A DNA stretch of 64,000 nt, from assembly GCA_965215195.1 (NCBI GenBank), contig CBDCDC010000002.1, positions 4,798,219 through 4,862,218 on the forward strand, read 5' to 3'. Source of the stretch: Candidatus Latescibacterota bacterium (GTDB taxonomy: Bacteria; Latescibacterota; UBA2968; UBA8231). The notes under the pieces were generated by a model. The model ran no database searches. It worked only from the letters and a program-made list of their open reading frames with translations, and was not told the DNA's origin. Below, one piece after another: positions 37,516 through 46,021 of the stretch; within the stretch, counting starts at the first letter, position 1; each line of letters begins with the position of its first letter. The position numbers and the translations under genes were made by a program.

Positions 37516-39014
37516 GCCAATCCCCCTTCAAACTAGCAGTCGAAGACCTCGGCAAGGACTACCCGGGGACCGTGGCGCTCGACGGAGTTTCAGTGGGGTT
37601 TGCCCCCGGCGAGGTCCACGCGCTGATCGGCAAAAACGGCGCGGGCAAGAGTACGCTGGTCAAGATCCTAGCCGGATCGGTCGCCCCAAGCAGAGGGCGT
37701 ATCCTCTGCGATGGGGTGCCGGTCGCGCTGCGCTCGCCGCAGGACGCCTTTGCCTATGGCATCGCCATGGTCTATCAGGAGCTGAGCTTGGTGCGAGGGC
37801 TAACGGTGGCCGAGAATATCCTGCTCGGCCGGGCAGCGAAACGGCGCGGGCTCATCGACTGGGCGGCAACCTACGCACGGGCCGGGAACGTGCTGGAGCG
37901 GCTGGGGGTGGCCATTGATTTGCGCGCGCACACTGGCGATCTGGGGGTGGCACAGCAGCAGATCGTAGAAATCGCCAAGGCCATGTCCTTGGACCCGGCC
38001 GTGCTCATCCTCGACGAGCCAACCTCGGCGCTGGCAACGCACGAGACCGAACAACTCTTCCGCTTGGTCAAAGGGCTGGCGGCCGCGGGCGTGGCCATCA
38101 TCTACATCTCTCACCGCTTACAGGAATTGCGCTCTATCGCCGACCGAGTCACGGTCTTGCGCGACGGGCATCGCATCGGCACGGTGCCGATGCGGGAGAC
38201 GAGCGTCGCCGAGATCGTGCAAATGATGTTTGGCGAAATCGCCCAGCGGGAGCGGCCGGATGATTTGCGGCCGGGCGCGACTCCAGTGCTGGAGGTGCAG
38301 GGCTTGTCGTGCGGGGATGCGTTCGCCGATGTGAGCTTCGCGCTCTACGAGGGCGAAATCCTCGGCCTTGCCGGGATGCTGGGCGCGGGCCGCACCGAAC
38401 TGCTGCGCACCCTCTTTGGTGCTGATGCCGGCGACCGCGGGCAGATCTGGGTCCAAGGCCAGCGCGTAGAAGCGCCAACTCCCCCGAAAATGAAGGCACA
38501 GGGCTTGGCCTTTACCCCTGAAAATCGCAAGGAAGAGGCCCTGATCCAAGCGCATAGCATCCGCGCCAATATGTGCTTGGCGAGCATGGGTCGGATCGCC
38601 CGCCGGGGGTATATCACCCGCGTGGAAGAGCAGGCTGTAGTAGAAGCGCTGGTGGCGCAGCTCGAAATCAAGGTCGCCGACACCGAAGCCCCGGTCTCGG
38701 CCCTGAGTGGCGGCAATCAGCAAAAGGTGGTGTTGGGCAATTGGCTGGGCAATCGCCCGCGAGTCATCCTCTTTGACGAGCCGACGCGCGGCGTGGACGT
38801 GCAGGCCAAGCAGCAGATCTTCGAAGCCATGTGGGATTTGAGCCGCCAAGGTATTGCCTCGCTTTTTGTATCGACCGAGTTGGAAGAGTTGGTCGAAGTC
38901 TGCCACCGAATTTTAATCATGCGCGAGGGACGGATCGAAGGCCAAGTGCGGCCCGGAGAAATCAGCGCCGACGAGTTGGCGCTGCGCTGCATGGGGGCGG
39001 GCCGCAATGCGTGA
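37512..39014 (+). CDS. Sugar ABC transporter ATP-binding protein (RbsA-like)
   Basis: GKNGAGKS, LDEPT, LSGGNQQK; two ABC domains. Confidence 0.92.
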   Translation: MSQSPFKLAVEDLGKDYPGTVALDGVSVGFAPGEVHALIGKNGAGKSTLVKILAGSVAPSRGRILCDGVPVALRSPQDAFAYGIAMVYQELSLVRGLTVAENILLGRAAKRRGLIDWAATYARAGNVLERLGVAIDLRAHTGDLGVAQQQIVEIAKAMSLDPAVLILDEPTSALATHETEQLFRLVKGLAAAGVAIIYISHRLQELRSIADRVTVLRDGHRIGTVPMRETSVAEIVQMMFGEIAQRERPDDLRPGATPVLEVQGLSCGDAFADVSFALYEGEILGLAGMLGAGRTELLRTLFGADAGDRGQIWVQGQRVEAPTPPKMKAQGLAFTPENRKEEALIQAHSIRANMCLASMGRIARRGYITRVEEQAVVEALVAQLEIKVADTEAPVSALSGGNQQKVVLGNWLGNRPRVILFDEPTRGVDVQAKQQIFEAMWDLSRQGIASLFVSTELEELVEVCHRILIMREGRIEGQVRPGEISADELALRCMGAGRNA

Positions 39015-39963
39015 ACGGCTTTTGGCGTGGGTGAAGCGCTCGATTATGGAAATCATCCTCTTCGTCCTCTGCGCAATTTTGGCGTTTGAGGCCGAAGGGT
39101 TTTTCTCGGTTGACAATCTGCTCAACGTGCTGCGCAACGTATCCATGCAGGGCATTATCGCCTTTGGCATGACGATGGTCATCATCTCCGGGGAGATCGA
39201 CCTGAGCGTGGGGTCGGCGGTGGCTTTTGCCGGTTGCCTGACCGCCTATTTGACGCAGCACTTGGCCGGGACTGGGCTGGCGGTGGAATTGGCAGTGCCC
39301 GCGGCCATACTAGCGGCCTTGCTAGTCGGCCTGAGCGTCGGTGCCCTGAGCGGGTTTATTCGCGTGCGCTTCGGAGTGCCTACCTTTATCACCACCCTAG
39401 CGTGGATGACGGTCTTGACCGGCTCGGCCCAGCTCATCACCGGGGGGTTTCCGCTGACGCCGTTTCCCGAGTGGTACAATTTCTTGGGCGGCGGTTATCT
39501 CTTCGGAGTGCCCTTTCCGGCGCTGGTCTTCGCGCTGGTCTTTCTAACGACTCATTTCCTGATGGGCTATACCACGCTGGGGCGCTCGATCTACGCGGTG
39601 GGTGGCAATGCCGAGGCCGCGCGACTCAGCGGCATTGAGGTCGGCAAAATCAAGATCGCCGTCATGGCAATTGTCGCCTTTTTGGCAGCGCTGGCCGGCA
39701 TCATGCAGTCGGCCGAGATCATGTCTGGCGCGGCCACGACGGCCAGAGGGTGGGAGTTGGATGTGATTGCCGCGGTTATCATCGGCGGCACCAGCCTGAT
39801 GGGCGGCGAGGGTCAGATACGCGGCACCCTGATCGGCGTGGTGTTCTTGGGCATCTTGGTCAACGGCATGACCCTGATGAACATCAGCGAGTACTGGCAA
39901 CTGGTGGTGCGCGGGGCACTGATCCTGAGTGCGGTGCTGATTAACCGGGCGCATCAACAGTAG
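39007..39963 (+). CDS. Sugar ABC transporter permease (RbsC-like)
   Basis: IDLSVGS, GRSIYAVGGN-EAARLSGI, IAAVIIGGTSL. Confidence 0.92.
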   Translation: MRERLLAWVKRSIMEIILFVLCAILAFEAEGFFSVDNLLNVLRNVSMQGIIAFGMTMVIISGEIDLSVGSAVAFAGCLTAYLTQHLAGTGLAVELAVPAAILAALLVGLSVGALSGFIRVRFGVPTFITTLAWMTVLTGSAQLITGGFPLTPFPEWYNFLGGGYLFGVPFPALVFALVFLTTHFLMGYTTLGRSIYAVGGNAEAARLSGIEVGKIKIAVMAIVAFLAALAGIMQSAEIMSGAATTARGWELDVIAAVIIGGTSLMGGEGQIRGTLIGVVFLGILVNGMTLMNISEYWQLVVRGALILSAVLINRAHQQ

Positions 39964-40092
39964 GGAAGAGCGACTCCAGACAGCCCCTATCTCTGGCCCC
40001 CGCAAGCAAGTGCCGCCAACGGTTGAGACGACGGGTCGGTTCCATGGAGCAGCCGACTAAAAAAGCTCTCGTCCACTTGATGCTCGACAACC

Positions 40093-40371
40093 TCAATTTT
40101 GCGAATGATCCGTCGCGTCGCGCTCGGGAGCGGGGTCTATGTGCGGGCCATCCTCGGCATCGCGCAGGGCGTTGCGAGCGTCGTGGAAGCGGCGGATGCG
40201 CCGCACAAAAATGAAAATCAGGCCCGCTAGTGCCGCGTAGAGCAAGTACTGATAGATCGGCTCGGTCCAGCCTAGCACCACGGGCCAGAGGCTGGCAATG
40301 CAGAGCAAGATGAAGATATCTTCGATCAGCTTGTGCCTTTTTTCTCGCTTTTCTTCTCGTTCAGGCGTCAT
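40093..40371 (-). CDS. Small hypothetical membrane protein
   Basis: Two hydrophobic helices; start overlaps the end of slt. Confidence 0.6.
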   Translation of the reverse strand: MTPEREEKREKRHKLIEDIFILLCIASLWPVVLGWTEPIYQYLLYAALAGLIFIFVRRIRRFHDARNALRDAEDGPHIDPAPERDATDHSQN

Positions 40372-42502
40372 CAGATAGGGCCTTGTAAATGGCGTAGTTT
40401 TTGAGGACTAGCTTGACGTAGAGACGGGTCTCCTTGTAGGGAATGCGCTCGACGAAAGCGTCCGGGTCCTCCGCGGGAAAACTCTTGAGCCAGCGGCGGG
40501 CGTTGTGCGGGCCGGCATTGTACGCGGCTAGGCCCAGTTCAAAGCCTAGGTCCGCGCCCGGGCCGGCCGCGAATTGGCGCACTTGATCCCCGAGAAAGTA
40601 ACTGCCCAAGCGGATGGAGACGGCCGGGTCAAAGAGCGCACGCAACTCAAAGGGTTTCATTTCCAACGTCCGCGCGAGGGTGAGGCCGGTGTGGGGCATG
40701 ATCTGCATCAGGCCCCTCGCACCCGCCCGCGATACCGCGTTTTCGTTAAACGTACTCTCTTGGCGAATTACCGACAGGACCAGATAGGGGTCGATTTGGG
40801 CCTCGGCCCCGGCCGCCGCAATCTCTTCCCAGTAGTACGTCGGGTAGATGCGCGGCAGTTCCTCCGGGTCTTGCCCGTCAAACAGGCGCAGCGACAGCCG
40901 CAGGGCTTGGTCGCGAAAGCCGAGCGCCTCATAGTAGTCGCGGATGACCTTTAGCGCGGCCTTGTGGCCCTCGTAGTCGCGGACGGCCTGCTCCATCTCG
41001 GCTGCCGACCAATCCCTCAGCCCCAATTGATTCAACAAGCCGGCGCGCTCGAGGTGTGCCCTGTGCGCCAGCGCGGGGACGTCCTGCGAGCTTGGCGCAC
41101 TGGCGGGCCGCCCCTTGAGCAGCACCTGCTCTCTATGGCCCAACTGGACGGCGCGGGCCGAGTAGTACGAGCGGGGAAATCCGGCGGCCGCGCGGCCATA
41201 AAACGCGGTGGCGGCCTCTGCTTGGCCTAGCTGGGCCGCGCTCTTCCCGGCCCAGTACAGGGCTTGGTCGATGATGTGGGGCTGGCGCGCCTGCTGACTC
41301 GCGCGCTCAAAGGCCGCTAGGGCTTGGAGGTATTGCTCTTGGCAGTAGAGCGCGAACCCGACGCTCCAACGCGCTTCGTCGCCGTAATCGGTTTGCGGGT
41401 AGTGCTCGGCTAGGCGGCCATAGAGCGTTTCGGCGCGGGCGAACTGGCTGTTGCGCTCGGCCGCTTTGGCGGCCTGCCACAGGGCGTCGTCGGCCAAGTC
41501 GTGCTGGGGGTAGCGCTTGACAAAGTTAGCATAGGCCGCAATGGCCTTGTCTTCGCGATTTTTGCGGACTAAGAGGCTGGCAATGCGATAGAGGGCCGCC
41601 GGGCTGCCGTAGCGCTCGTGAACCGTCCGAAAAACCTGCTCGGCCTTGGCGTAGTGCCCAGCAGACAAGTAGGAGCGGCCGAGCATGAAGTGCGCTTTGG
41701 CGACGCGCTGGTCGCTGCTATGTGCGCGGACGAAGTGGCGAAAGCTCTTGATGGCTTGGTTGAACTGCTTGTGGCTGTAATAGGTGTGAGCCTTGGCATA
41801 AGCCGTGCGGGCGTCGAGCTGCTTAGGCAGGTGCGACAGGCTATTGCGGGCGTGCTTGGAGCGGGGGTGTTTTTCCAGCAGATCCAAACGCCACTTTTGC
41901 GCCCGCGCCGAGTCGTGCTTTTGGCTGGTGGTTGCGAGCAAGTAGAGAACCCGCGCTGGATCGGGATCTCGTGCGAGTTGTTCTTCGTACAGGGCGAGGG
42001 CCTTGGCGGGTTGGCCGTCGGCCCGGTACAGGGAAGCCAAGCGCAGGCTGGCCGGGTTGCGGAGAATCGGGTTGGCCGAGGTCGCGAGAAAGTTTTCGTA
42101 CGCGGCCATGGCCTCTTCTGTCTGGCCCATGTCCTCTAGGGAGCGGGCCATCCAGAAGCGGCGGTAGTCGTCCAAGGCCGATAGGTCGAGGTCGCGCAAA
42201 CGAGCGTACGCGCGGCTTGGCTCTTTGAGCACGCGCTCGCAAAACGCCCGCTGGAACTCGAGGTGAGCTTGAGCGGTCGGCTCGTGTTGGATCGCGTTTA
42301 GCGCAGTCAGTTGGGGATAGGCGAGGTCGCAGCGGTCCTCGGCGATCAGCTCGGCGATTGGGCTAGGCGGCGCCGGCGCAGGGGCCTCGGGGGGCGGCTC
42401 CTCGCTGGGGATGGGTGCCGAAAGGTAGAAATAGGCTGCTGGCAGCAAGGCCAGCAGGCTCAGGCATAGCGTTGTCCAAGCCCATTTGGCTTTGTTGGTC
42501 AT
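40361..42502 (-). CDS. Soluble lytic transglycosylase with TPR repeats
   Basis: IRQES, GARGLMQIMP, AAYNAG, ETRLYV; TPR-like N-terminal region. Confidence 0.88.
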   Translation of the reverse strand: MTNKAKWAWTTLCLSLLALLPAAYFYLSAPIPSEEPPPEAPAPAPPSPIAELIAEDRCDLAYPQLTALNAIQHEPTAQAHLEFQRAFCERVLKEPSRAYARLRDLDLSALDDYRRFWMARSLEDMGQTEEAMAAYENFLATSANPILRNPASLRLASLYRADGQPAKALALYEEQLARDPDPARVLYLLATTSQKHDSARAQKWRLDLLEKHPRSKHARNSLSHLPKQLDARTAYAKAHTYYSHKQFNQAIKSFRHFVRAHSSDQRVAKAHFMLGRSYLSAGHYAKAEQVFRTVHERYGSPAALYRIASLLVRKNREDKAIAAYANFVKRYPQHDLADDALWQAAKAAERNSQFARAETLYGRLAEHYPQTDYGDEARWSVGFALYCQEQYLQALAAFERASQQARQPHIIDQALYWAGKSAAQLGQAEAATAFYGRAAAGFPRSYYSARAVQLGHREQVLLKGRPASAPSSQDVPALAHRAHLERAGLLNQLGLRDWSAAEMEQAVRDYEGHKAALKVIRDYYEALGFRDQALRLSLRLFDGQDPEELPRIYPTYYWEEIAAAGAEAQIDPYLVLSVIRQESTFNENAVSRAGARGLMQIMPHTGLTLARTLEMKPFELRALFDPAVSIRLGSYFLGDQVRQFAAGPGADLGFELGLAAYNAGPHNARRWLKSFPAEDPDAFVERIPYKETRLYVKLVLKNYAIYKALSDDA

Positions 42503-42647
42503 TGGTCTTAAGATGGTTTGAGGTGGGTGGTTATCCGGGTACGCTAGCGGCACATCCTTCTCTTAAAATACAATAGTATCGCAGCGGGCCAAGCGGAAAA
42601 TCGCCGTGTAGCGGTGCAAAAAACAGGGCCAAGGAGGGCCATGCAAA

Positions 42648-43361
42648 ATGAAGAGGCGCGATTATTCGAGTTTGCTGCATCGCCTGCAGGCGGTGGGACC
42701 GGTACAGCGAGTAGCCGAGTGCGGTGGATATCCGGTTTGCGCCCTAGTGCTAGGGAGCGGTACTGAGGCACGAATTCTGCTGACGGCTGGATTGCACGGG
42801 GACGAGCCGGCCGGGCCAGAAGCCGCGCTGCGCTTTGCCGAGGGGCTGAGCCCGCGCCTCGCCCAGCGTTGTCAGTTCTCGATCTTGCCCTGCCTCAATC
42901 CGCACGGCTATGTCCACAATACCCGCGAGAATGAATCCGGCTTGGATTTCAATCGGGAGTTTGGCGGCGATGCGGTTCCACTCGTTGAGCAAGTCAAGGC
43001 GTTTCTAAGCGGTCGGTGCTTTGATTGCGCGCTGGACTTTCACGAGGACTGGGAGGCGTCCGGGTTTTACTGCTATGAGGCCAAGCGCGACGAGCAGTGG
43101 CTCGGGCCGGCCATGGTCGCGCAAGTGCGCGAGGTGATGCCCATTGACGGGGAGGCCGGCGAAAACGACAACGTGATTGCCGAAGGCGTCTTTCTCATGG
43201 ACCCAGCGTGGGGCGAAGCCGGGTTGGCACCCTACTTGTACGCGCATCACACCGAACACGCCCTGATCAGCGAGACGCCCAGCGAATGGCCGCTAGCGGT
43301 GCGGGCGGAGGCGCATCTCAGGGCCTTGGACGCCGTGCTTCAGCGGCGTTTGGGCGCGTAG
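42648..43361 (+). CDS. M14 metallocarboxypeptidase / succinylglutamate desuccinylase family
   Basis: HGDE, NP-G, DFNR, DFHED, SETP motifs. Confidence 0.8.
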   Translation: MKRRDYSSLLHRLQAVGPVQRVAECGGYPVCALVLGSGTEARILLTAGLHGDEPAGPEAALRFAEGLSPRLAQRCQFSILPCLNPHGYVHNTRENESGLDFNREFGGDAVPLVEQVKAFLSGRCFDCALDFHEDWEASGFYCYEAKRDEQWLGPAMVAQVREVMPIDGEAGENDNVIAEGVFLMDPAWGEAGLAPYLYAHHTEHALISETPSEWPLAVRAEAHLRALDAVLQRRLGA

Positions 43362-44755
43362 AGGTGTGCGCTCGGGCCGTAGTGGCTTTCGGCCGCTTCC
43401 ATGAGGGTTTCGGAGAGCGTGGGATGGGGGTGGATCGCAAGCTGGACATCGGCTGCGAGCGCGGCCATTTCCACGGCCAAGACGCCCTCGGCGATCAGCT
43501 CGCCCGCGCCGCTGCCGGCAATGCCCACGCCTAGAATCCGGTCGGTCTGAGGGTCGATGAGCAGCTTGGTGAGCCCGTCGCTGGTGCCTTGGGTTGCGGC
43601 GCGGCCGGAAGCCGACCAGGGAAAGCGCGCCACCGCGACCGAGCGCCCCTGTGTTTTGGCCGCTTCCTCGGTGAGGCCGCACCAAGCGATTTCCGGGTCG
43701 GTATAGACGACGTTGGGAATGGCGTGGGGCGCGAAAACCTGCTTGTCGTGCCCGGCCACGACCTCGGCGGCTAGGCTCCCTTGGTGGGCGGCCGTGTGGG
43801 CGAGGGCCGCGCCTACGAGGTCGCCAATGGCGAAAATCGAAGGCGCGGCCGTGCGCAGCTGGTCATCGACTTGGACGTAGCCGCGCTCGTCGAGGCCGAC
43901 GGCCGTGCGTTCCAAACCCAAGTCTTCGCTGTTGGGAACCCGGCCAACGGCGAGCAGGATTTTGGCGTAGGTCTTGGAAAAGCTCTGGCCATCGCTGTTG
44001 TGTAATTGCACCGCTAAGCCCTCGTCGCTCTCTGCGAGCGCGGTCACTTGGGTGTTGAGCATGATGTCGTCAAAGCGCTCGGCGGCCTTGTTGTGCAGCG
44101 GTTTGACCAAGTCGCGGTCGGCCGGGGGGATTAGCCCGGGGAGCATTTCGACGACCGATACCCGGGTCCCCAGTGCCGCGTACACCTGCCCCAGCTCCAT
44201 GCCGATGATGCCGCCGCCGACGACGAGCATGGAGGCGGGTACGTCGCCGAGTGCGACGGCCGCGGTCGAATCCATGATGCGGTCACTCGGCTGGTCGAAG
44301 AGCGCCGGCACGGCCGGCCGCGACCCGGTGGCGAGAATGGCGTGCTCAAACTGCAACGCGCCTTGGCTGCCATCGGCTTTGTCGATTTGCAGGGTGTGGG
44401 GGTCGAGGAAGCGGGCGCGCCCCTGCACGTAAGTCAGCTTGCGCGCCTTGACGAGCTGACCCAAGCCTCGCGTCATCTTGGCGACGACCTCGTCCTTCCA
44501 AGTCCGCAACTTGTCGAGGTCGATCTCGGGCGCGGCGAATTGGATGCCCCAGTGCTCGGCTTCCCTCGCTTCGTAGAGGAGCTTGGAAATGTGCAGGAGG
44601 GCCTTGGAGGGGATGCAGCCTCGGTAGAGGCAGACGCCGCCGGGATGGGCTTCGGGATCGATCAAGGCGACATCCAACCCCAAATCCGCGGCCTTAAAGG
44701 CGGCGACGTACCCGCCCGGGCCGCCGCCGATGACCGCTAGCTGGGCCTTGTCCAT
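43340..44755 (-). CDS. lpdA: Dihydrolipoyl dehydrogenase (E3)
   Basis: GGGPGG, GGVCLYRGCIPSK, HPHPTLSE. Confidence 0.95.
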   Translation of the reverse strand: MDKAQLAVIGGGPGGYVAAFKAADLGLDVALIDPEAHPGGVCLYRGCIPSKALLHISKLLYEAREAEHWGIQFAAPEIDLDKLRTWKDEVVAKMTRGLGQLVKARKLTYVQGRARFLDPHTLQIDKADGSQGALQFEHAILATGSRPAVPALFDQPSDRIMDSTAAVALGDVPASMLVVGGGIIGMELGQVYAALGTRVSVVEMLPGLIPPADRDLVKPLHNKAAERFDDIMLNTQVTALAESDEGLAVQLHNSDGQSFSKTYAKILLAVGRVPNSEDLGLERTAVGLDERGYVQVDDQLRTAAPSIFAIGDLVGAALAHTAAHQGSLAAEVVAGHDKQVFAPHAIPNVVYTDPEIAWCGLTEEAAKTQGRSVAVARFPWSASGRAATQGTSDGLTKLLIDPQTDRILGVGIAGSGAGELIAEGVLAVEMAALAADVQLAIHPHPTLSETLMEAAESHYGPSAHLYAPKRR

Positions 44756-44762
44756 AGCTGTC

Positions 44763-46007
44763 TCAGCCTTCCAAGAGCGCGATAAAGGGGTCTGCCAACG
44801 CCGTGCAGATCCAGCGGAGGAAGCGCGCGCCATCGGCTCCGTCGATCAGGCGGTGGTCGTAGGACAGCGACAGGGGCAGGAAGGTGCGCGGCTGGAGCTG
44901 GCCGTCGATATAAGTGGGTTCGACGTGCGAGCGCGCCACCCCGAGAATCGCCACTTCGGGCGGATTGACTATCGGCGTAAAAGAGGTGCCGCCCATGGTG
45001 CCGACATTGCTGATGGTCATGCACCCGCCTTGCATGTCGGCCGGCCCGATCTTGCGCTCGCGCGTCTTTTGCGCCAACTCGCTCAGCTCAACCGCTAGCT
45101 CGACGATGTTCTTTTGATCCACGTCGCGCACTACCGGCACCAGCAGGCCGTGGGGGGTATCGACGGCAATGCCGATGTGGAAGTAGCGTTTGTACACGAC
45201 TTCCCTGTGGGCCATGTCAATGCTGGCGTTGAACTGCGGGAAGACCTTGAGGGCGATGCCGAGCACCTTGATGAGGATCGCGGTCGGCGTCAGCTTGCCG
45301 CCAGCTGCTTCGGCCTTTGCTCCGTATTCTGCGCGCCACTTTTCCAAGCTGGTGATGTCGGCCTTGTCGAATTGGGTGACCTGCGGAATGGTGGCCCAAG
45401 ACTGCGCGAGGCGCTCGGCCGTTATCTCGCGCACTTTGGTCATGGCTTGGCGCTCGACAACGCCCCATTGGCCGAAGTCGGGCAACGGGGTGGCGGCGGC
45501 CGGGGCGGCGGCCCGCGCTGCATGCAGCTTTTTTGAGTGCGCCTTGACGTCGTCGATTGAGATGCGCCCGCCCGGCCCCGTGCCTTGGACCTGCGCAATA
45601 TCGACGCCGATTTCGCGGGCTAGGCGGCGCGTCGATGGCGCGGCTGGGACGGGGTCGTCTGTAGGTGTGGGAGGGACTTCTTCGACAACCGGGGCGGCCT
45701 CTCGTGCAACCGGGGTGGGGGCCGGTTCTGGTTCTGCTACAGGCGCTGGGGGCGTTTCCTCGGCGGCTGCGGCCGCCTCGATTTCGAGAATGGGCTGCCC
45801 GACGGCAATGGTGTCGCCCTGTTGGACGAGAATCTCGGTGATGGTGCCGTCTATGGAGGAGGGCACCTCAATGACGGCCTTGTCGGTTTCGAGCTCGATG
45901 ACGATCTGGTCTTCGGCGAGGTGCTCGCCGACGTTGACGAGGATGCGGATCACATCGCCGCTTTCGATGTTTTCTCCCAAGTCGGGCAGGGCAAATTTTA
46001 CGGGCAT
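44763..46007 (-). CDS. aceF: Pyruvate dehydrogenase E2 (dihydrolipoamide acetyltransferase)
   Basis: Lipoyl ETDKA, E3-binding GTGPGGRI, catalytic DHRLIDG. Confidence 0.92.
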   Translation of the reverse strand: MPVKFALPDLGENIESGDVIRILVNVGEHLAEDQIVIELETDKAVIEVPSSIDGTITEILVQQGDTIAVGQPILEIEAAAAAEETPPAPVAEPEPAPTPVAREAAPVVEEVPPTPTDDPVPAAPSTRRLAREIGVDIAQVQGTGPGGRISIDDVKAHSKKLHAARAAAPAAATPLPDFGQWGVVERQAMTKVREITAERLAQSWATIPQVTQFDKADITSLEKWRAEYGAKAEAAGGKLTPTAILIKVLGIALKVFPQFNASIDMAHREVVYKRYFHIGIAVDTPHGLLVPVVRDVDQKNIVELAVELSELAQKTRERKIGPADMQGGCMTISNVGTMGGTSFTPIVNPPEVAILGVARSHVEPTYIDGQLQPRTFLPLSLSYDHRLIDGADGARFLRWICTALADPFIALLEG

Positions 46008-46021
46008 AGTGTGGTTTGAGC